Source: Octopus sinensis (taxonomy: Eukaryota). Taken from it: 64,000 nucleotides of DNA. The notes beneath the pieces are model-generated. The model worked only from the letters and a program-made list of their open reading frames with translations. It was not told where the DNA came from and ran no database searches. Positions 52,826-64,000 of the stretch are shown here, in pieces (positions within the stretch are counted from its first letter, which is position 1; each line of letters starts with the position of its first letter). Position numbers and translations under genes: made by a program. The stretch lies in NCBI RefSeq assembly GCF_006345805.1, contig NC_043003.1, forward strand, positions 111,972,001 through 112,036,000, written 5' to 3'.

Positions 52826-54820
52826 GTGTGTGTGTGTGGTGTGTGTGTGTGTGTGTGTTACAATCTCTCCGAAAATAGTTTTGACTATATTGTGTAAGCT
52901 CTATGAATATCTTACACTTAATTTTCGTTTTCATCTCTACTATCACTCAACTGTATGCTGCCAGAGTTTTAAAGTGTCTTAGTGGTTAGCAACTCACTTC
53001 ATAAGTATAAATATGTATTTATGCATAAGCAATCGTCTGTTCCTTTGCGTGTCTATTATACTATTACATGCTTGAGATCAATGAACTCACCTGGAATATT
53101 TCAGATTTCACGAAACCGCTAATATCACTTTGTTGTATTGTATTTAATAATGTTGTCTTTGATAATTGGAGTTCATATCCCACACACGATATATTATCGG
53201 ACAAACTTTTATTTTCTTTGTGTCTGGCTATTGCGTTTCATGTTTATATATCTTTGGGGCATACCACTCGCAAATAGTTTCTATCAAAGGATGTCATATG
53301 TCCATAATCATATTTATTATTTAGAACACATAATAATCAAAACATGAGTTACTCTTACATGCAATCTTACTGTTGAATATCAAATGATGATACTTCGTAT
53401 TACACTTTAACTAGCAGTTAAGCGATAAATGAAATGCATTATTAAACACGATAAAAGCATATTAATCAAACACTTATGTGTATTGTTTAAATCTATATAT
53501 CTATTTACTACAAGTTATGAAAGGTATGTATGTGCTACGATGAATGGTTTGCAAATAGCGGACTCTCGAAACCAGTAGATTGGAGCAGTTATATTTTATA
53601 GTACTTTATTTCACCCTTCTCGTCAATGAGATCACGATTTGAACGGTAAGTCATTGCCTTGTATTCTCACGAGGATGATGAAATACGTACTAAGGAAATG
53701 TCTCAAGCGATTATAAGTACTCCTGCTTATTCATAACCACTGCAAGACTCCCTTAATGTCGCTGCTTATTTTATTACTATCATTAGTCAAGTATGCACTT
53801 AAAATACTTCTAACTCAATATTAAAATTATATTTATTGTATAAAATGTATTTGCTAATTTATTTTATGTAGCAAAATACTTCAGCTGAAATTAATAAAAA
53901 TTGCCCTCAAAAATTTAAATGTCTCATGGGTTTACTACGTCTTTTTTTACAGTGATAGTAACGCGTTCCAAAACAAAGTAATTCTATACTGCACTTTAGG
54001 TTATTCATGCCAAAAACGGCAAAAGTTGGTCACTAATTGAAGATAATTTGTGTATTACACCCATGCCAATACATATATTATCAACACAATTGCTTTAAAG
54101 AAACTTGCTAACATTTAACAACCGTTGTGAGTTATGACTTTTATAATACTCATAAAGTAACACCCACACCTAAAAAACTAAAAACAACGTGATTTAATAC
54201 CAGTATTAAAATTATATTATTGCACATTGAATTTGATATTCATTTTAAATTGCTTGAAAAGTATTATTAAAATTAACATTCTGAATTTACAACTTACATA
54301 AATACTTTCAACTGTCTAAGTGTTAAGTATAATGACAAGGGAGAAAAAATAAGATAGGATATATTTTGATGAGTAGTATCTTTACGTATGTAATTTGTTT
54401 GAAGAATTAATTAACACTTGAAATACTAAAAACCAGTTGACTCAACCTGGTACGTTTGACCACATTGAATATATTTGTTAAAATGATGTGTGATTTATGA
54501 CATTCAAACCCTAAGTCTCGAACCATTGTTACCATAATTGTTGAGAGACTTGCTTATCACCAGAACTATATCCGAGACGTATATACATGATATCACTGAA
54601 CATGATCAGTGCGAATCCTATCTATATGTAATAAGGTTCTTTTTTACAGTTCTTTAAACGGACATTTGCGTACGCTTACTTTTACGCCATCATGAAGTAT
54701 GGCAAGTGATAGATGCATACTGTTTAGAAGCCTGACATAAGAAATTAAATTTGTGTGCAATAACATTATAAATTCGGGTCGATGGAACACCGATAGCTAC
54801 TTACATGAAAAATGTACGCC

Positions 54821-55048
54821 ACTCTTTTACTCTTTTACTCTTGTACTTGTTTCAGTCATTTGACTGCGGCCATGCTGGAGCACCGCCTTTGATCGAGCAA
54901 CTCGACCCCGGGACTTATTCTTTTGTAAGCCCAGTACTTATTCTATCGGTCTGTTTTGCCGAACCGCTAAGTAACGGGGACATAAACACACCAGCATCGG
55001 TTGTCAACCAATGCTTGGAGGACAAACACAGACACACAAACACACACA

Positions 55049-55099
<51 letters not shown>

Positions 55100-55257
55100 G
55101 ACGGGCTTCTTTCAGTTTCCGTCTACCAAATCCACTCACAAGGCATTGGTCGGCCCGGGGTTATAGCAGAAGACACTTGCCCAAGATGCCACGCAGTGGG
55201 ACTGAACCCGGAACCATGTGGTTGGTAAGCAAGTTACTTACCACACAGCCACTCCTG
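54821..55257 (-). mobile_element. SINE group A, well-preserved copy
   Basis: Reverse complement gcaggagtggctgtgtggtaag..ccgggttcagtccc; internal (TA)/(TG) tract; (AAGAGTAA) tail. Confidence 0.92.
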
Positions 55258-56161
55258 CTAAAGATTTTTTTCTTATCCTCGTATTGCTGTTTTAAATATT
55301 CAAACTGAGTTTTAAAAACAATGTTATTTACAGTCATTGAGAATACCAATGTATTTCATGTTGAAACGATCAAGATACTAAACAGTCATGCATTAGCAAA
55401 ATGTATAGACAGACTTTGTTTTTTTCTTTATATATTTACTCAACGTTACTTAAAAATGGAACGTACAAAGGGAAATTACATTTACATTTTGTAAAATAGA
55501 ATCGCATTTCTTTCGAAAATCTACAGTGTACTCGAGCTGTTAAAACATATCTGTCACTGCTTTTGTATATATATATCTTGCGTTGACTAGAGATGGCCAT
55601 TCTGTCAATAAAAATTTAAATACATGCATGCACTAGTTCAATACCACTTATTTCTTTTACCAACTAACTATTGAATGCATTGACTAATGTGTTGATTGAA
55701 CAATCAATCGACGTTTCTTTGTCGGATTTCTTTTGTCGCTGTTCGTGAACTAATGAATGACATACCCTTATTCTTCATGGTCTGCTTTGAGTTCGTCTGA
55801 GAACTAGCATTATACCCATGTGCCAGTTTGCATAATTGCTCTTCTTAAAGACAACAAAATATACGTGACCTCACGCGGTGTGTGTGTGCATGCAGATTTT
55901 TTAAAGTGGTGTACACATTTTATATGTTAAAAAAACAAGAAGTAGTAAAATTTGGGAAAATTATCTATTGAACTCTTTCATGACGTTTCGGAGGTTGATA
56001 AGAAATGATAATTATAAAGGCATACATTTTATGAAAAAAATATCATTCCTGATGTGCACGGTAACACCCAACTTTTATTTATTTATTTATTTATTTTTTT
56101 ATTTATTTATTTATTATTATTGTTGTTGTTATTATTATTATTATCATCATTATTATTATTA

Positions 56162-56204
<43 letters not shown>

Positions 56205-58998
56205 TTTTTTTTTTCTTCTTTCAAATTTTCTTCCATTTCTTGCCGAGTGTCTTCCCGACTCCTAGGGCAAAGAAACTCATAGTGTATATTGGTAGGCCAT
56301 TAAACCAAACTCAGTAGTTCGTTCATTTTTTTTTTTTTTTAAGTTAAATTAAAATGCATGAGCAGCAACAGTTCTCACATCGACAATGCTCTTCTCAATA
56401 CGTGTGATGTACCAGTTAAGACAATCTTTTGCACTTCTTGCAGGGATGGTAAGCCAGGGATCATTCTCATATAATTTTCGGTTCCCTTCTTGATCATTCC
56501 TAGTGCTCCTACGATCACTGGTATTGTAACCGCCTTGAGATGCCACATTTTCTCAATTTCAATGAGTAGGTCTTTATATTTTCTGAGCTTGTCAAACTCT
56601 TTCGCTGAGATATTATGATCACAGGGGATGCTCATGTCGATCAATAAGCACACTTTATTGTTTTGGTCTTTCACAACAATATCTGGTTTATTGGCCTTGA
56701 TGGTTCGGTCTGTATGTACTGGAAAGTCCCACAGAATGGTTACATTTTCTCCTTCAGTTACAGCCTCAGGGTGGTGATTATACCACTTGTCGGCAGTTTT
56801 GATATTGTAATGCCGACTTATTAGCCAGTGGAGATATTGGCCAACTCTGTCATGTCTTAATTTATACTCCACTGGTGCTAAGACTTTACATCCAGAGATT
56901 AGGTGGTCCACTGTTTCAATCATGTCGTTGCAGAATCGGCATTTTGGGTCTGCTCCATTTTTCATCACATTGGCCTGGTAGTTCCGGGTTGATAGGCTTT
57001 GGTCTTGAGCAGCCAGGATGAAACCTTCGCTCTCTGCTTTTAGCCCTGAGCTCCGCAGCCACTGATGGGTTTGCTTCTGGTCAACATGAGCTTGTTTGCT
57101 GCGGGTCACATATTTGCCGTGCAGAGGTTTCTCTCCCACCTATCAGCCAATTGCTCGTGCGCTTTTTTCATTGCCATCATTTTCACCTTCTTTGCAACAA
57201 TAGTTGCCGTACTTCCCTCGGGTTGTTCAGTTTGGGTATCCTGCACGAGATCAATAGCAAATTTTTTGCTTTCCTTGATGATAGAATGAAGCTTCTTTCG
57301 TCTCTCGTGATTTTCCACGAGTTTTAGCATCCAGTCATTCGATATTTCGAGATATTTGGCCAGTCCAATTGTGGTTGTTTTGTAAGCTAGTTCAAATTGG
57401 ATCAGGCCTCGACCTCCTTGGGCTCTTGGAAGGTAAAGGCGATCTACGTCTGCCTTTGGGTGGTGCATCCTATTACAGCTCAGCAGCTTGCGTATTTTTC
57501 TATCTATATTCTTTACTTCACTCATATTCCAGTTCAACACATTGTATCTATAAGTAACAACTGGAACTGCTAGGGAATTTATAGCTAACACCTTGTTACG
57601 TGCATTTAGTTCAGATTTCAGGACTGCACGAACTCTCCTATAACATTCCTTCCTGACTTTCTCTTTCATGCTTGCATGCTGAATACCAGAGCCTTCATTT
57701 ATCCCTAAATATTTGTATGTTTGTTCTTGCTCAACCTCTCTTATGACTGTGTCAACATCTAACACGACTGAATTTGTGGTCTTCACTTCCCTTTCTGGAA
57801 AGTGGCCTTGGCACACTTCTCAAGTCCAAACTCCATCCCGATGTCATCGCTGAATGATTTCACGGTGCGCAATAGGCCTTCAAGTTCATTATTGTCTTTA
57901 CCATAAAGTTTTAAGTCATCCATATAAAATAGATGGTTTATTTTTTTATTGGCAATTTTATACCCATACCTTGTTCTGTTTAATTCACTTGTAAGGGGTA
58001 TTAGGGCTATGCAGAATATTAATGGTGAAAGTGAGTCACCTTGAAAAATTCCACAGTTGATGTTTATATTTTCTGAGGCAAGTACTCCATTAGAGTGGTA
58101 TAATTGGAGATTCGTATTCCACAACGACATATTGTGCTTCAGGAAGTTTGAAATCACAGGGGAAATTTTGAAGATGTCCAGCGATCTCAAGATCCATGGA
58201 TGCGGTATACTGTCGAAGGCCTTTTATAGTCAATCCATGCGGTGCTGAGATTTCTGCGCTTGTTGTGACAGTTCTCAAGGATCATACGATTGACTAGCAG
58301 TTGATCTTTGCATCCGTAAGAGCCTCGGCGGCACCCTTTTTGTTCAATGGGGAAAATATCGTTCTTCTCCATGAATGCATATGTTTTCTCCGCCAGGATA
58401 GATGTTAGGATTTTATACGTGGTGGATAGACAGGTTATAGGCCGATAGTTTTTTGGAAGGTTGGTTTCGTTATTCTTTGGGAGTAGGTAAGTAATGCCAC
58501 TTGCTAACCATTCACGTGTTTTCTTTGGGTCTCTCATAATTCCATTGAGCAGCTGATCTAGCTTACCGTGTGCGCATGGGAGCGATGCGAGCCAGAAATT
58601 CGGCACCCTATCTTTACCGGGGGATTTCCAATTATGGGCCTTCGTGAGTGCGTTTCTTAGGTCTGCTATTGTGATGTCTTCCCATGCTTGTTGTTGTAAA
58701 TTTTGGTAGGATCCTTCAGTTTGTATAATCCAGTCTGCATTTATGTTGTACGTCTTCTTGTCACTCCAAATCCTTTTCCAAAAGTTTTGAACTTCTTCCA
58801 TGGGAGGGGTGTCTTTAACGGTTACTTTCTCCTTCCCTATTTCTCTGTAGAATTTTTTGGCATTGGATGTAAACAGCTTATTTTGCTTGTAAAACTTGTT
58901 TCTCTTCTCAAATCTTCGTATTCTTTGGGCTTTTGCTTGGACTTTTTGTTTCAGCGTTTCTTTTATTGATATCAGTTCTTCTCTTGGTGAGGATCCAA

Positions 58999-59000
<2 letters not shown>
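56205..59000 (-). mobile_element. R4/Dong-like RLE LINE family 1, copy B (2.8 kb, RT + RLE)
   Basis: WKSPGKD, NYRPITCL, EQKGC, AWIDY, GIFQGDSLSPLIF, HLFYMDDLKLY, YKYLG, CCHC knuckle, RHD, PD..D and K..KY; (TTA)n on both sides; near-identical to 27291-29011. Confidence 0.96.
56375..58999 (-). pseudogene. RT-RLE polyprotein ORF broken by three single-base frameshifts
   Basis: Consecutive ORFs 58187-58801, 57783-58190, 57106-57816 and 56375-57139 join at short homopolymer/low-complexity sites. Confidence 0.85.
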
Positions 59001-59064
<64 letters not shown>

Positions 59065-59089
59065 CATTATTATTATTATTATTATTATT

Positions 59090-60060
59090 CTATGTTTGAC
59101 TTCTGCTATATGTTTGTACAAGTTGGCTCCAAGTCTCACCCAGAGCCCTCAAGAGACAACAGGTTGGGAGTTCACGTTGTTGTTATGCCTAGTGTGCCAT
59201 ATATTTGGGTTTGTTTTTGGGTTTTGAACTAGATAATGTCTAATAATTTTTTTTTTTTAATTTTGTTTTAAACCTTGGGATTACATAGAGAGTATTTTGC
59301 GTAGGATATGAGCAGTTCCCATGAGCACTATCTTTTGAATTTCTGCCATTTTGGGGTTTACTGGTATCTGAGTTAGGTAGCAATCAGCCCCTTTCGCTAT
59401 CATTCCCAGGGCACCTATGATAACAGGTATTGTTTTAGTCTTCAGGTTCCACATTTTGCTGATTTCTATTTCAAAATCTTTATATTTGCTCAGTTTTTGG
59501 TAGGTTTTGACAGATACGTTTATATCGATTGGGACAGTCATATCAATGAGGAGGCATGTTCTTTGTCCGAAGTCTTTCAATATGATGTCTGGTCTATTTG
59601 CATCTATCTTTCTGTCAGTTTGAATGGTGAAATTCCAGAGGAGTGAGATGTGGTCATTTTCAAGCACTGGGGGTAGATTGTGTTCCCACCAGTTTTTTTT
59701 ATGGGGCAAATCCATGTTTTTGCAAATTACCCAGTGAATATATTGTGCAGCTCTATCATGCCTGTTGAGGTACTCTGCGGGCGCTAGAAGACTGCATTTG
59801 GAGACAACATAATCAATGGTTTCATTTCGTTGTCGACATACACGACATGTTGGGCTACTGCCGTTCTTTAATACGTTGGCCTGGTAATTTCTTGTTGGTA
59901 GGCATTGATCTTGAGCTGCTATGATAAACCCCTCTGTTTCAGATTTTAAGCTAGAGGCCATTAGCCATTGATGGGTCAGGGCTTTGTCAATATCTGCATT
60001 ATTCGCTCTCTTTGGGTATTTGCCATTGAGCGGTTTTTCTTGCCATTTATTATTCAGAAT
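59090..60060 (-). mobile_element. R4/Dong-like RLE LINE family 3, 5'-truncated
   Basis: ORF 59281-59961 ETEGFIIAAQDQ, CRVC..ETIDYVVSKC, RHD, RPDIIL..IDMTVP and IQKIVLMGTAHILRKILSM; distinct 3' UTR; (TTA)n on both sides. Confidence 0.94.
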
Positions 60061-60127
60061 ATTATTATTATTATTATTTTTATTATTGTTATTATTATTT
60101 TTATTATTATTGTTATTATTATTTTTA

Positions 60128-60209
<82 letters not shown>

Positions 60210-60249
60210 CACACACATATCCACACACATAGGAAAGCATATGCATGTT

Positions 60250-60520
60250 TTAGACACTCTTCACAGAAACAGAATTACGGTGGTACCATACGAAAAGAAG
60301 AGCAAAGTATATACGAACATTTCTATAAAAAAAAGGAACAACAAACGAATGTCTTCACTAGAGGGCCTGAATATATCCCGAGTTACTTATACCATAATCA
60401 GAAAATCTGCACAAGTTTATCGGATAAAGTCATCCATGAAAAAATACTTGAAATATTAAAGGGTGTCCTCCTAGACAATGATTATCCACTGTCCCTAATC
60501 GATAAATTCAATATCTAGGA
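60250..60520 (+). mobile_element. Penelope-like RT thumb remnant
   Basis: From ~60402 reads KICTSLSDKVIHEKILEILKGVLLDNDYPLSLID, resembling the PLE IC..(E)L..L...L..N.YP...I motif. Confidence 0.55.
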
Positions 60521-60930
60521 ACCAAACATACAAATAAAGAAATATATATGAGTGAGACTAATATAGCAACTAATAGTACGGTTCCTGCGACTGCTACTGT
60601 TGCAAGTAGCAACAGCTTAGTCCCGACATTCCTAGTAAGGCGCAAAGGATGGTTGCTTCTGATAAAATTATTACTAATATTACTACATCAGCCGTGACAA
60701 GGAAGCCAACTACCAGCACACCGCAAATTATAGAAGAAAAGAAGATATGTGAACACCTTGAAATTAATTTCTTTCGATACATATCCACTTCACGTACAGA
60801 ATGAAGAAATAATTTTATAAAATGATTACAACTCGTAGCTTCTATGGATAAAATACTGTCTTTCTTGCGTGCTTTAACTATACATACATACATACATACA
60901 TACATACATACATACATACATACACACACA

Positions 60931-60982
<52 letters not shown>

Positions 60983-61023
60983 TATATTTATATATACATG
61001 CACTTATGTAGATGTACATATAG

Positions 61024-61080
<57 letters not shown>

Positions 61081-63351
61081 ATATATATACTCACACACAT
61101 ATATATTCATATATATACATATATATACATAGGCATACATATATGTGTGGGGGTGTACTATTTTAAAAAGAAGAATTGCGTAATGTGACACTGAGCATTT
61201 GTAGAGGGACCTCTTTTACAATAAAATAAAGAATCATTATTACGATAAACTATAGAAATTTTGTTACAGCTATATACCATATATTCATTAGTTGTATCAA
61301 TTTTGTTTTAACGCTTTATTGGAATATAGAATACTTTTGTTACCTTTTTTTATATTCAACTTAGAAAAATCTATTTATGTATTGGAGTTTTTACCAGACA
61401 GTCCTTAGAATTGAAAACATTGCAACGGAATAATGGTTGAATATTTCTATGTTATATGAAAGGTGAAGAATTCTGCATGTTAAAGGATAAAACTAACTTT
61501 TTGTAACTTAAATTTATATTATGGAAAAGAAATGATCAATTGCTATCTTATTCTTTTTTGTTTAAAATATTCGAATGAAGTATACATACTCAATATTTGG
61601 AGAGTTATGCCGTGTTGAAATAAGCTTGTACATGAGAACTAACACGGGATAATAAGTACAATATAATACGCTTATTCAGCATCAGTGTACTACGAAGGAC
61701 ACACGTATGGAACCCCGTATAATTATACCCAATAATAGAGTAATTTTTTTACTTAAGAAGGTGTTCAGACAATAATCTAGATTGAATTATTTTTTACTCC
61801 AAGGTAAATATTATGGAAATATAAACACGATATTTTTTCATTTAATACTGTACCTATTTTTGAGTTGACATACATTTTGAAGATAGCTGAAATCAGCACT
61901 GATATATGTATAGCTCTGAAGAGAATGCCACACCATTATTGTCCATGCAAGGCATTGGCTATGATTTTAAACCTACAGCTTTGTTTCGCTATCCTTTGAC
62001 AGCAGAATGCATTCAATGCGACCCATTACTCCTAGTTTCGTGTACAGATAATAAACACATGGAATATATGGACAGCGATATGTTTACAAGTAAAGATGCC
62101 ATCCACATACTAATAGAAAGCCGGAGCCAAAAAGTAATATCCGGAAGTACTGGGTGAAATTGTAACAAGATTTCTGTTAGGAGCGTGTTCTATATTTAAT
62201 TACTTATTAGGTTATTTAGAAAGTGCTTAGATGGCAATGGAAAGGATGGCCTAAGAAGAAATTAGCAGCAGCTAGTGTTTGCCATCAATCAAATATATGT
62301 CAGTTGAAACTCATCAATAAAACGAAAGACGTTCAGAAAAGAGATATTATCTACATTTAAATATCTGACATTATATTTATGGCACATTAAAATAATTCTC
62401 GATATTTTGCAACCTCTTCAATGATCCATTGTCCCTATAAACTAAATCGAAAATAAACTTAACGATGATATTATCTCAAACGGTAAGTGCTTTTGTTTTA
62501 ATCGTTCTGTAAATTACTGAAATCCTATTCGATCCGACATCTGTGCAAGAAATGTTACATTAATCCTCCGACTGCGTGTACCAAGATATTAGTTTTCATT
62601 TATATTCTCCTATAAATAATTCAATCATGTTTTATTTCCCTATATTAGCTCAATGTTATACATTTTCTCTTTTGATAATTCCATTACTATAAAATATGTT
62701 CCAAATATATGAAATATACTAAGTGGTATTTTACAATCAAGAAGTATGTTATGCTCTCTAGCTACATATACTCTGTACTTATAATGCCTTTCGTCTGCAA
62801 ATATAATTTCAATGCAGAATTTAGGTAATGAATAATTTTTAATCTTCACTGCTTAAAATATCAAATGAACAATTTACAAAATAAACTTACACAAGTATAC
62901 ATAGACTATAAAATTGACAGTAATATGAGATTCCTAAATGTGTTTCATAAGTGTACTGTTACACATTGTTTGCAAATCATTAACTGAATATATTTTAAAA
63001 TATTGGATTTGATATTGAAGGGTTTGCTATGTTATGCGGCAACTTTCAGGTATGTCTTTGGCTTGCAACGTGTTACATATCTCTCTGCTTATCTCTATGA
63101 TAGACAGAATCAGAGAGAATGAATAGTGAATCACTAGAATTAAGCAAAGTTTTCAATAAGGAGAAAGGGGACGGATAGTTAACGAAGTCCTATATTAGGT
63201 ATTGCGATGGCAGCATACATTGCTGATTGATGCATACAAAAGACAAAGGAAGATGAAGTTGGACACATGCTCGCACAAATGATTTCAAAAATACTAATAT
63301 TATATTTGCTCGTGTGCATATAAGTATGCATATAAATATGTATATATATAT

Positions 63352-63412
<61 letters not shown>

Positions 63413-64000
63413 CATTGGACTCAGGCGGTCGTTGTATTCTTTGTTGTCTTGAGGTTCACAGCCAAACTGCTGGGTGGATTCGCGTGAAATATGGCACATA
63501 GATGTAGACGGGTGCATAGATTTTGCTGCGGTTTGTCTTTTTTCGTAGCCCCCATAGTTACCAAGAAAATCGATTAAAACTTTTCTAATGGAATTCCCCT
63601 GTTTGTTCTGCCATTAAAACAACCAGTTACTCACACAGCTGGCACATACCATTTCGCTAACAACAAGGAGAGTACACGATAACAGTCAGCTAAAATGTTC
63701 GCTATATTGTCTCTCTTCTTTCACCTGTTTGTGGAATTAATAATCTTAATCTTTAGGTACAGTTTCTCATTCAAACTACATTATAGACAGAATTGTCGCA
63801 TTAAGACAGTAGGGTGTTTTGAGGGAGATTTGGCTGCTATTTCTTCCAGCTATAGCTACCATGTAGAGGTCTGAACTTAATTTTCATTCACATATTTGCA
63901 TTTCAAAAATTTAACATAATCTTTTCCATAAATGAACTATCGTAAACATTTTATACAATGACCTCACCTTTCCTATGTATGTGTGTGTAACTTAAAAGAC

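Noticed and set aside
61906-62157. 83-aa non-repetitive ORF
   Set aside because: No recognisable domain; the length is compatible with chance.

Overview
AT-rich, microsatellite-saturated eukaryotic (animal) DNA in which I cannot support any host protein-coding gene. The repeat landscape of tRNA-SINEs and (TA)n/(CA)n/(GATA)n/(TAA)n tracts looks like an octopus/cephalopod genome (inference). Almost all ORFs in the supplied track are microsatellite read-through. The recognisable content is mobile DNA: (i) three families of restriction-like-endonuclease (RLE; R4/Dong-type) LINEs stacked with strict strand polarity in (TAA)n tracts at 26-30.7 kb and 56.1-60.2 kb, plus two copies of a ~0.55-kb non-coding unit that appears to be a decayed-RLE-derived non-autonomous partner; (ii) an RTE LINE 5' end with a decayed HDV-like ribozyme fold, and a CR1-type 3' end; (iii) Penelope-like remnants, two with inverted terminal copies; (iv) three Tc1/mariner remnants; (v) four tRNA-SINE groups; (vi) two foldback elements. 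The best novelty candidate is a 472-bp-period partial-tandem non-coding unit (42401-42990) carrying a near-canonical type I hammerhead ribozyme whose predicted cleavage site nearly coincides with the element boundary (retrozyme-like). Several other minimal hammerhead motifs are dispersed through the window. All identities and RNA structures were judged by eye, not computed.
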